A stretch of 64,000 nucleotides of DNA, taken from assembly GCA_028534125.1 (NCBI GenBank), contig CM052819.1, forward strand, positions 52,204,001 through 52,268,000. Direction: 5' to 3'. The position numbers and the translations under genes are program-made. Shown here piece by piece: positions 53,140 through 64,000 of the stretch. Under the pieces are notes generated by a model. The model was given only the letters and a program-made list of their open reading frames with translations, had not been told where the DNA came from and searched no databases. This stretch comes from Lama glama. Taxonomy: Eukaryota. Numbering within the stretch: the first letter of the stretch is position 1; every line of letters begins with the position of its first letter.

Positions 53140-53370
53140 GAATAGAGAAGGGCTGGATCTGGAGTGAAAAGGCCTGGGTTTGAATCTTAAAGCAAATTCT
53201 CAAGTGCTGCAACACTGGGCTGGGAACTCCACCGCTCAGCCTCAGTTACTGCTTCTCGTAAAGCAGGTTGATCCCATCAGTGTCACAGAACTGCTTTGGG
53301 GATCATGTGAGACAATGCAAACAAGTGTACAGCGCCTAGCAATTTGTACTGTGCTTTCATATCCATTACT
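53140..53370 (+). mobile_element. MIR in CLDN1 intron 3
   Basis: GGCCTGGGTTTGAATC...CTCAGCCTCAGTTAC. Confidence 0.6.
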
Positions 53371-54267
53371 GGTAAAATTTTAGCCTATTGACCTCCAGCA
53401 GTTTCTGCCCCTATGTGGTAAATCTTATGGGATGGGTTCCAACACGATCATCGTGGTACGTGTCCTCCTATGCATGGGTGATCATCACAAAGAGAAACAC
53501 ACCTTCTCTCTCCAACCACTAGAGTTTTCATCCATTCATCTTAGCACTTAACAAACAATAATTACAGCCTAACATCCTGATCCTAAATGTAGTTATTAGC
53601 CTCTAAAGATGTGAATACAATGAGACAAGGAGCCTTGTTCTGATCAAACAGTGTCATTAAGTGAGAGCCCGGAGTCAGCTCTTTAACTTCCACAACTTGC
53701 AGTATTAAGAAGGAAGACTTTTGTAAAGTTAATTTTATGGTTGAGATGAGACACAGAATTTCAAAGCGGTAACTTATCATTTTCATAAATAGATTGTTTT
53801 CCATAAATAAGATTAATAAACTGTTAGAAATGAAGTGTTATTTATTAACCTCTACAGGAGATACTATTTTTTCGATCAATCATAAGCTGTGTTCAGTTAC
53901 AAATAGTCACAATTAAGTATTATAAGTATCAGAATACACTTCAAAATGAAATTTCAAATATATTGGTATCTTTATTAATAATATTTTTTTAAATATGGAA
54001 AAACATACATTTTGGCATACATTTGAAAAGCACACACCTTGGAACTTTTCTACCTTGAAGTTCATTTTGTCATTAATATAGGCTGTTAAAGCAAGTATCA
54101 AACTTAGTTTAACATGAGTTACAGGCCATTCAAATTATTTCAAGTTTGACAGAAAATTGCATAAAATTCTGGATGGCAAATCTGGAAGCTATAGCACGAC
54201 CCAGACTATGCAGAACATAACAAGGGTATTTTCTCAGAGAGCAAACTATACGCGTGAACAGCATTAC

Positions 54268-54352
54268 CTGGCATTGACCGGGGTCATGGGGTCATAGAAT
54301 TCCTGAACAATTCTATTGCCATACCACGCTGTGGCGACTAAAACGGCCAGAC
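54268..54352 (-). CDS. CLDN1: Claudin-1 coding exon 3 (TM3 and ECL2)
   Basis: ttctgtag|GTCTGGCC...AATGCCAG|gtaatg, 85 bp, in phase with exons 2 and 4. It encodes (G)[27 protein letters not shown](R). It is not in the ORF track because it is too short. Confidence 0.98.
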
Positions 54353-56346
54353 CTACAGAAATTCAAAACAAAAGACTGTTAATCACCATGGAACGTGGAG
54401 CATAAATATACGGCTCATTACATGTGTAAGTATTTTACTAGCATTAACTCTCATCAACAGTCCTGACATTTTTAATTTAGTCCATTTTAATTCAGACGAC
54501 TTTAGGGAGATTAGTGGTTCAGGCATGATTTATCCTAAATATTCTCTTAAGACAGACAAAATATTAGGTTGGAGTTAGGCATAGCTTATACTCTTCACGT
54601 CATCTTATTCACTTATAGTTCAAGGTCATCGGCATAAGTAACACTTTTTGGGGAACAGTTCAGCAGGTTCATGTCATTTAAGATCTCTCTCAAATACAGC
54701 GCTATACGTTAGTGCACTTGACTACTTTGGATAAAGTCGAAGTCCTTATTAGTATAGCCAGTCCCATAGAAAAGGGAGGATGAAAACCCTTCTACATTCT
54801 TCTTGGCCAAGATTCAAAATTTACACTTCTGAAGGATCAAATCAAAGTAAAGATTCCTAGGTAGCAGGAAGGAGCAGGACCTGTCTCAGAGTGGGCCAGA
54901 TCGCCTAAACTCCTACAGCCCACTGGCCAGACGTGCTAGGGGTTGCCTTGAGATTCGCTGACCACATCAGATCGACACGGACAGTACACTCCCAATTTCT
55001 CCTGCCTTTCATATTTCAGTAATAGAGAAACTGTATAGTCAAAGTAATCCAGTCTATCACTTATAAGAAGCATACAACACCTCAATTTTTCTTATCCAAA
55101 GAAACTAAATAATTCTTTTTACAGTAATTCTAAAAATTCATCAATTTAGACAGATTAAATGTTTCTATGCTACCCCCCTTCCTCCTTCCTCCCACAGAAA
55201 AGTGGTGCAATCTAATTGCCTCTAAATACTCAGGAGAAAACACTCCTGCTTTGGGCTGCTCAAATAGATCTTGAGAATGCTCTGGAACTTGTAACCCTCC
55301 CTCCCTAGGAAGTCCCAGAAACTGAAGTGGGAGTGATGGGTGAGACTTACAAGAGACAAGCAAAAGGAAGGGTCTACACAGTAACTTTTATTCATAGCCT
55401 TTGATGTAAAATCAAACTTCTGGGAATAAAATGCTATCCATGCTTTTCCTGATAGGAGCAATTTGAATAAACTAAATGCCCAGTCACGTTAAACTAATTA
55501 AGCCTTTAGCAAACCCACACGTACTCCTACATTACTGATGAAATCCACATACATGCTGGGGGCAGGACCCCTCCTCTTGTTAAAAACAAAATGAGAGAAG
55601 GAAGTCTAATTCTAGTGGTAGAATTTTCCAGTGGTAGATTATATCATTGGTGTCATTTTCAAAAATAATAGACTACTATATACACTTTATATAGTATACA
55701 TAATAGTCTATTTCAAAACAATAGACCACTACATATAGTATATGACACATATACTATAGATAATACATAGTAATATAGCCTACTGCTTTATACACGCACA
55801 ATTTTACACCCACACTATCTTATTTAATATAAACCTCATTATAAGGCTTTACAAAGTGTCGATGTCTTCCTCCGGCTCTCATTTTCTCGAGGGTCACAGG
55901 ATCTTAACTCTTTAATCAACATGTGAATAAAACAATAAATACATAATGATTTTCTATGGAAAAGACAACCTCATTCTTTTATCAAGGTTTTTCTCAAGAC
56001 CTCGTTGTATTATTTTCTTTCCAAACTCATTTACTCTCATTTCCTAGGATTCCAATGTTCCACCTCCACTCCAATTGGCATTTCTCTCCACTGATGGATA
56101 GATGGTGGCGTGTTTGTTCTGGAATCAGACCTGCCCACGTGGAATGATGTCCTCATCTTCCTCCAATAACCCCAGCCCCATCCATTCTCCACACACCTGC
56201 ATGGCTGACATGTTCTTCACGTTCTCTTTCAGTATCCCCCATCTTTTCCACACGGTGTCTGCAGGGACACTATGGAAAGTCTCTACATTATATAGAATTG
56301 CTCCTTAGTGTGTGCTAGGTAAGAAATCTCACTCTTTGCCTGGAGA

Positions 56347-56368
56347 AACCGGTTCGAACAAACCAGTT
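56347..56368. promoter_or_regulatory. Candidate tandem Grainyhead-like (GRHL) sites in CLDN1 intron 2
   Basis: AACCGGTT (56347-56354) and AACCAGTT (56361-56368). Motif evidence only. Confidence 0.4.
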
Positions 56369-56595
56369 GGTACCTGAAACTTCAGGGAATAGACCTGTCC
56401 ATTATGGGCAGCAATCTCAAATTTTCATGTAAAGGTCAACTGGACTTATGGTTTTCTGTCTTCAGATTTTAAAGGAACTGAATTAAATCGATCCAAGTGC
56501 AACAAAGCCAATGTAATTAAGGAAACCAAAAACTAGATCTTAAACCATGCCAGAGAGAGTTTAGTAAGGCCAACGGGGGACAGGACGGCTCTTAC

Positions 56596-56760
56596 CTGAA
56601 ATAAGAAATATCACGCCCCCAATGACAGCCATCCGCATCTTCTGCACCTCATCATCTTCCAGGCACTTCATACACTTCATGCCAACAGTGGCCACACAAA
56701 TGGCTATCAGTCCCAGCAGGATGCCAATCACCATCAAGGCGCGGGTTGCTTGCAAAGTAC
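56596..56760 (-). CDS. CLDN1: Claudin-1 coding exon 2 (TM2, intracellular loop, start of TM3)
   Basis: The minus strand reads ttctgccag|GTACTTTGCAA...CTTATTTCAG|gtaag, 165 bp. It translates as [56 protein letters not shown], matching claudin-1 residues ~75-130. Confidence 0.98.
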
Positions 56761-58634
56761 CTGGCAGAAAACATTTCAGAACGTGTAAAAATCATGTCTA
56801 GACCAACAAGAGAAGAGTTGTAGAGGGCCAAGTATATTTCAGTGTTGTATGGAAGAGAGACAACATAACTAGGAATCAAGAGAGCCCAGTTCTAGTGATC
56901 TTTTTTTTTGCAGGTAATCAACATAGTTTCTTCTCCAGAAAAACAAACGCCTGAATGATGAGTAAGAATCCTTGCAGCTCTAGCACTTTGTGTTTTCAAC
57001 ATTCAGTTCAAAATCCTCTGACTAAATGATCACTGATCTAGTTCAATAGGTTTAGCTGAATTAATACATTTTTAATCCTTAACAATGGAGTATTTTAAAT
57101 TTGAAATAACAATCATATGTGCCCTCTTCAATGTTAAAACATTCATAATTAAAACAGTTTACAATATATCTTGGTAATAGTCAATAGCTTTATACTCCAG
57201 TCATCAAGCTGCAGAGAATCTGGGTGGGCGAATAGGGAAGACAAGAAATGAATTTCTAATACATTATCATGGCTGGATAAGGACCACTTGTATCTCCAGT
57301 GACGAGTGTGGGTTGGGGGATGTGCGTACTATTTCCTCAGAACAAAACAGAATACACTCTGAGACATTATTTTGGAACATAGTAGATTTATGTTCAGAGA
57401 GATCACCAGTTTCTAGAACTATTCAAACTGTCATGTTGTAAAACAGCAGAAAATAATTCAATGTAGTATTTCTCAGGATTCCACTAATTTTCAAATTCCC
57501 TGCTGTTGTCATTGGTGTACTAAGTCATTATCAAATAAATAGGGTCAGGTCTGAGAGCCTATGCCAGTAAAGTTCTTAAAAGAGTGAAAACCTGATACCA
57601 TCCCTGTGGCATAAAGGCACAGACTTTCAAAGAAAAATGAGAAATAATAGTTGGATGAGTTTGATGATGTCCAGATTTATTTCCTTCTCCAAATAAAGAT
57701 CATTATTTCATTGACAGTGCGAACACGTGACAAGCATTTTTGCATGTATAAATATTATTTACACTGCAAGCAAACATGCTATCTTGGGCAAGCTACTTAT
57801 TATTCTTTGGGGCCATGCTTTTATTATGTGAAGTGTGAATGATGATATCTCTAACCAGGAAGTTTGAACAATTGACTTCCTGATGGTTTTCAAAAGTGGC
57901 GGACAAGATGGAGCTTCTATGTCTCACTATCTAATGTAGACCTAGGCTCAGCTTCAGTATTTTCTAAGGTTGAAAACTTAGGTTACAAATCATAACTAAC
58001 ACTAAAGATTTTTAGAACATCATTCGATTTGAATTTGTTAATATTGCCACCCTTGCCATTGCCAGACAATCTGTGATAACACTTTCTGAGAAGTATCCAA
58101 GGCTTCTTTTACAGTAATTTGAGAGATATTTTGAAAGCCACAATAAATTTTTACTTGATTTAATTAAAAGGCAAACCACAGACACTCCCCTGCTCCCCTT
58201 ACAGATCCACTTTCCCATAAATGTGCGTGGGCAAATGGGCACCTACCCATACACTAATCGTAAGATCCCAGGGTGGTACAAGAACTCCTGAATCAAAACA
58301 CGGTGTCATGGACCGTGGGGTTACCAGATAATACAGCTGCAAATAAGATTATTGTGAAACTTCTTCCTTGGAATCATAAACCACATCGGGACATCCAGAG
58401 GAAAGCTCCACGGACTCCGTTGCTGTGGTGCCTCCTGCGTTCCGATTAACCAGCAGTTTTTGCAAAGACAATCATTACTTAGAAGGAAAATGAAAAATGA
58501 AATAATTTAGCTCTTAGACATAATGCAGGTTGCAGATTGGTCCTAAGTTCCACTCAGAAGGAAAGCATTTCAGGCAAAGGAACACTGAAGAGGAGATGCT
58601 GAAGGTAACAAAGATAATCCATGTGACTGGAGGT

Positions 58635-58745
58635 TAGGGTGATCGCTTGTCCGTTTGCCTGGGACTCTATCAGTATTAAAACTATGAGTCCTGCCTCCTG
58701 AGAAGGCCTTCAATCCCGGACAAACTGGGGTCATTAATCACTCTA
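58635..58745. mobile_element. MER81-like hAT-Blackjack MITE nested in L2 (intron 1)
   Basis: TAGGGTGA...TCACTCTA termini, 111 bp. Imperfect 8-bp TSD CTGGAGGT / CTAGAGGA; L2 sequence on both sides (~58560-58920). Confidence 0.75.
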
Positions 58746-60879
58746 CTAGAGGATGATAGGATGTGGAAAGTAAGAAGAGGTGGGTTTAGCAAGGTAGGCA
58801 GAAGGCATCTATCATGTAGGGCCTTGAAAGCTGGGGGTAGGGGTTTGGAATTTATTCTAAATGTAATAGAAGTCATTGGAGACTCTTAAAGAAGGGGTGA
58901 GAGGATTTTTATGCTGTCTTCTATGACAGCCCTTTAAATATGTATAGCCTCTTACATCTCTCAACCACCTTCTGCTTTGTTTACCCATAAAGCTCACTTT
59001 TCCAACCCTTTATTCATCACTTTTTGTTGCTTTCTCCGTTGACCTCCCTCTAAGTTTTCCACTTTGTTGGAGTTGGAGGGCCCCAAACCAGACTCAGCTT
59101 CGATAATAATCTTTCTGATCTGTACTTCACGTAAGAACACCAGGCCACCAGCCCAGCAGGTCTGAGCACTCGGATCACAAGGAGTCTGCTGGCCTCAACC
59201 TCCTGAGTCAGCCGTGTGTAAAACCACCCGGGCAGGGAGCACACGCGGATCCACCCCTCTAGGGCTCCACCTGCACTCACCTGGAGTGAGCTCACCCCCA
59301 CAGTCCCGATCTCTAAGTGTGTTCCTCTTCCAGTGCTCAAAGGAAACACATTGAGTTCCATGCCATACCCATTTTACTCTTCCCACGATTTCTACAAAGT
59401 TTCTAAGGAGGACGGAACAGATAATTTGATCTGTTGGCTACAAACTATAGTATGTTTCCTTTCTTTATGGGATAATGTATAATTTGCATAGTATGCACAA
59501 AATAATGGGGAAAATGGGGGAAAATGGGGAAAACCCTATGCTTAGGAATTATACAAACCATATAGAGCAAGGGGATCATGTTTCATTTTTTTAAAATCTG
59601 ATAAAGCAATAATTCTGTTCTGCAAAGCGATATTTTTTTCATTTATATCCTGGCATCCATTGGCTTAGGAAATGTCTTACAAGTTTACAATACTAGATGG
59701 GGATCAAACACAAAGTCTCATCTTGCATCACTGGAAATATTTGGGTGAATTCTTAACTATAGTGATATGGGGAGGGAAAATGTAAAAATACAAAAAAAAA
59801 AAAAACAGGCTGAGAATCCTAACGGTATGAAAACTCACTAGTTGGGCATATATGTAACGGTGGATTACAACTCCAAGTAAGCAAGTGTTGTGCTACAGTA
59901 ATGAGAATTTAATGTGTGGATAGAATATAAATTGCACAGTCTTAAGCTGGAACCAGATGAATCCTTCACATTAAGGTCTTATGGAAGGCTTTTAAGTCAG
60001 AGAGCTAAAATATGTAATTGTGAGCTCCTTGATGACGTGGGCCAAGTATTTGTTCATGTTTCCAGCCACAGCACTAAGAACCGTGCCTGGCAAGCTTCCT
60101 GGATTATTTGATCTGTGTTCCACGAATTTAAATTCGAGCAGGTTTTTTCCTTTAAAAAATTCTAATACAATAGGTAAAAATACTCTCTTGTGTTAAGCTT
60201 AATCTTTGAAATAATACTGAGAAACACCTGCCTAGGGAGCCTAAGAGTAATAAAAATTTGCTACCTAAAACCAGACTTAGTTTAGATCATTAAAAGCTAG
60301 AAATTCACCTGGGGAGAAAAAAAGTTCAGACTTTTAGTTGAACCCAATCTTTTTTTTTCATTTTTTTCTAAAATCTTAAATTATGCATCTAATTTTATAA
60401 GATAAAATTTTCCAGGTAGAACAGTAATTGTCAGGGCAGATAAATTGAGAAATGTTTGAAAACTACAAAATATTTTAGACCAGAGAGATACAGCCTTCAG
60501 CTGTTAACTCTGAGCTGGTCTGATTGGATCAAATCTAGAAGCAAATATGCTCCTTTCTGGCCCATTAAATTTGCAGATACCTCTACAATATTATTACCAC
60601 TGACTAAAATTGTCTGTGGAGAACATGGTTAGCAAACATTCAGAAAGTTACACTACTGTTTCTCATCATTACTCAGCAGTACAGCGAGAAGGCAGTCTTT
60701 TAATTATACTTAGCTAGACTGATAATCTTGAGATTAAAGACTCCCTAAGGAGTTCTTGCCACTTGCAACTTGAAAGTACCATTTGAAAACATTCTTACAA
60801 AGATCTCTACTTATAAGACAAGAAATGAGTTAGAAGTTACTGACCTACTCCAGTGAGGGTAATCAACATAAGAGTAGAA

Positions 60880-60899
60880 AGACAAGCATAGACAAGTCA
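60880..60899. promoter_or_regulatory. Candidate p63/p53 response element in CLDN1 intron 1
   Basis: AGACAAGCAT AGACAAGTCA: two RRRCWWGYYY half-sites (9/10 each) with no spacer. Motif evidence only. Confidence 0.45.
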
Positions 60900-63876
60900 G
60901 TGGATTGTTTTTTCTGAAGTTTTTTTCCTTTTTCTGAAGTCTTACTATACAAGCAGCAGAATCGCCTTTAAATACCTGACATTGTTCAAGCCATTTACTA
61001 GCCATACTACTCCATCATTACCTTCTGGGCTCTGTATCACAATCAAGGTCGATTTTAATTATATCTGCATCTTCACATAGTCCCTCTTTGCATCAGTAGT
61101 TGCTTAGTAAGTATTAGGCAAATAAATGAACTACTCACTGCGTGACTAGAGCAAAAACTCTCTTTTTCTCGTCTGCACTTAAATGAGCTCATCACAGAGT
61201 GTCAGAACTATACTCTCAGCTTTTTCACTTATTAAATATTTCACTTTTACTCAAGTTCAAAGCTTCTCAAGAGTCCTCATTGTTAGTATTTCCATTTTAT
61301 GGATGCATGAACTGGTGGCCACTGGGTGTGACCTCAGGACACCCAGCATAGTCGGTAACTGAAGTGGTCGGGGATGAGGCAGGACTTAGCACTTTTCTGG
61401 ATGTCCTGAGCGGTCTTGCTCTCGTCTTTTGTTTCTTAGAGGAACTGTCTCATGATTAAATGTATTCTTCTTTGTTCCTTCTATGCCACTTAACTTATCA
61501 CTCTAATCAAGGAAACCTAAACTATGCCACTTGCCTGTTTTCCTTCCATCACTGGAGTTAGTAACAAAGAATGTTGGCACTGGAAGGAACCAACCTTGGC
61601 ACCTTACCAATCATCTTAGCTGCATCCCGAGAAGCAAGGACAGGGCCTGGCTCATGCTTGTTGAATGGATGAATGAATCATGGATTTGCCTCCCGAGTCC
61701 TCCCACTCGGCCCTATTTTGTAAGTGGGGAAACTACAGCCCAGAGAGACTGAGTGGCTCACCATGACACACATGGCTAGTTAGTGCAAAACCAGAGTAAG
61801 AACTGAGAACTTCTGATCTCAAGCCTGGGTTTGGGTTTTGACTTTCATCTTTCCCAGAGTCAGAACTAATGCTTAAAACAGTTCTGAACACCAGTGGCCC
61901 CTTGAACACCCTTGGTTTAACAGGGAAGTGTAAGTGGGTGCCCTCCTCTCTGCCTGTGCTTCAAAGACTGTACAAGGCAGTGATTTTTGTCTCTTTGAGT
62001 GAGCTGACATCATGGTGAGAGTGCTGGGAAACTTCACTGACAACCAGTACTCATTAAAGCACACCTACACACATGTGGATTCATGCAAAGCGAGTTGAAC
62101 AGGCTAGAGGAGCTTACAAACAAATTACAGAATCCTAAGGTTAGATGAGACTCAAAGAGACTCTGGCTTAACCTCCCATTTGTCTGGAGCTTGGATTTTC
62201 CCTACAACATTCCTTCAGAATGCTTACTTATTTCTCTGCTTGTACACCTCCCACCATGCAACCCAATGTTTGGACAGCTCTAGCCATTAAAGTCAAGCCA
62301 GAAGAAGCAATTAACTAAGCACATAAAATAGGCTCTAGCTTGCCAAAAGTTTGAGAACTGGATCAAAACAAGGCAAGACGTACAGTTTAATCAAGAAAAG
62401 CCTACTGCAACTCAGTCTGGCATTCTTTTTTGGATATTCCAACCAGCAGCTGCAGGAGTCATCAATGTCAATAAACATCACATACTTGGATAGAAGTGTC
62501 TTTATTGTCTCAGCAGTAGTAAAACCACAATAGACAGTTTCCCCAGGCAGTTCCTCACTTGTATTTTCAAAAACTGCTTTGCAAGAACCACCTAAGAGAA
62601 GTTTATATTGGTGTCAGTACGCTGCATCCCTTTAGACGCCCGTCATGTGCTTTTTTTTTTTTAGCTGACATTAGTTAGAGCAGGGGAACGAGGGCTTTTA
62701 ACATGGCTAGTGCTACAACCTGGACAAATCTTGGAAGCTCGGCCCTAAGTTGTCAAGTGGGCTCCACTGGCAAAGAGAACAAGACACAATTTCAAGAAAC
62801 TTCTAACTAAGCTATTCACCTAAAAGTACTTTGTAGAACGCAGCCTTTTACAAGGAACAGTACTTATATGTACAGCTAATCCTATTCACCTCTAGATGTC
62901 ACAGAACTAAACCAAAACCAACCAATGATTCACCTCTCTGGGTCTCTGCATCAGGTGGGCGTGAGCACAGCTGTCCAGGTGGAGAAAGGGAGACAGGTAG
63001 GTTCTCTGGGCTCCATCCAAAGGCATCTAGTGAGTCACTGGCAGGTTGGGGAGGGTACATGTGAGTCAAGGCTTCCTCTTTTGGGAATCAGTTTTGAGAG
63101 GAGAGCCTCAGCCCCACCTTGGATGAACCCTGGCTTTAGCCAAAAAGAAAAGGAGAATTTGATTTGGAGTTAAAAAAATTCATCAAGAATAAATCTCCAA
63201 AATGTGTATGGGGGGAAAAGGGAGGTACTATTTAGTTATTCCACCACAGCTTTAAAAACTGTAAGAGCTATATTAACTAAAATTAAGTGAAAATAAAACA
63301 TTTAACACATCATGAGTAGGGATGACCTGTCTGAGTATTTACTACATGAATCAATCTGATTTCATTTGGTCATTTAAGGAAGTCAAAAGGACACCTATTT
63401 AAACATGTTGAAGATGAACTATTTAGCTCAGAGAAATCAGAGACCTCTCTGTAATTGCCCTTAGAACCATTTCCATCTGCCAGCCCCTCAATATGACACC
63501 CCAAACGCCTGACATAATTTCTACATCTATTTATCTTTCCACAGGGGGATTCAATGATTATATAAAGGAGAATGCCTAATATACTCCTTATATTTGGCAT
63601 CAAGGAATCCTAACATGGGAACTTCGAAAAGCTGGAATGACAACACTAAAAACCACCATGTGTACATTGACTAACCAAATTCCACAGATACTCAAGAGGG
63701 TTCAACAGATTGCAACAGATTTAATAACTAAAGTGTGTGGCTTTTGACAAAACCACATGCAGGAAACGGACAAGCAACTGAAGTATAATATACCTGAGGG
63801 GTGACAACACTGCTCATCGTCAGCACATAAAGGGGCTGCTGGGCAGGCTTGTTCATCTAGGTGAAGACTAAGGAAG

Positions 63877-64000
63877 TTTTGTTGTTGTTGTTGAAGTGAG
63901 GAGGTAATTAGATTTATTTATAAGTATTTTATTTTATTTATTTTTTCCTTTTTTTTGGTTATTGGTGGAGGTACTGGGGATTGAACCCAGGACTTTGCGC
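63877..64000 (-). mobile_element. Camelid SINE 3' portion, cut by the window end (CLDN1 intron 1)
   Basis: GGAGGTACTGGGGATTGAACCCAGGAC and GAGGTAATTAG are the reverse complements of the same SINE body and tail seen at 5.6 and 25.8 kb. Confidence 0.88.

Larger units (their letters stand above)
56761..64000 (-). other. CLDN1: CLDN1 intron 1 (partial; exon 1 outside the window)
   Basis: The AG acceptor is at 56761-56762. No MANAGLQLLG-like exon 1 ORF and no CpG-island promoter occur up to 64000. Confidence 0.9.

Noticed and set aside
56561-56755. ORF-track boundaries for the claudin-like peptide
   Set aside because: The true exon is 56596-56760; the [10 protein letters not shown] tail is intron read-through.
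59504-59533. (AAAATGGGG)x3 repeat as a possible G-quadruplex
   Set aside because: It has only three G-runs; a simple short tandem repeat.
1-64000. CRISPR array, operon or other novel multi-gene system
   Set aside because: This is eukaryotic intron and intergenic DNA with no regularly spaced repeat-spacer array and no long ORFs. Everything recognisable is CLDN1 or known repeat classes.

Overview
Mammalian, AT-rich and repeat-dense genomic DNA, most likely from a camelid: it carries four copies of the tRNA-derived camelid SINE plus artiodactyl-type L1 3' ends. The only protein-coding gene I can support is the 3' part of claudin-1 (CLDN1) on the minus strand. Its exons are exon 2 (56596-56760, 165 bp), exon 3 (54268-54352, 85 bp) and the coding part of exon 4 (52374-52536, 163 bp, ending ...SSGKDYV*). 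All splice sites are canonical GT-AG. The ~2.45-kb 3' UTR ends at an AATAAA at 49925-49930. Exon 1 and the promoter lie beyond position 64000. Positions 1 to ~49.9 kb are gene-free downstream intergenic DNA made of MIR, L2, L1, MaLR/ERVL LTR and hAT/Tigger fossils, with a 160-N assembly gap. Apart from the one overlapping CLDN1 exon 2, the ORF-track entries look spurious. I see no convincing previously undescribed biological system. The best leads are modest: unusual substitutions in CLDN1 (F96C, Q163H, C175T versus human/bovine as recalled), a miR-29 8mer site inside an exonised MIR in the 3' UTR, candidate p63, GRHL and AP-1 epithelial enhancer motifs, and well-preserved retrotransposition signatures (a twin-primed L1 and two tiny L1 insertions). 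Repeat family names and boundaries for old elements come from recalled consensus sequences and are approximate.
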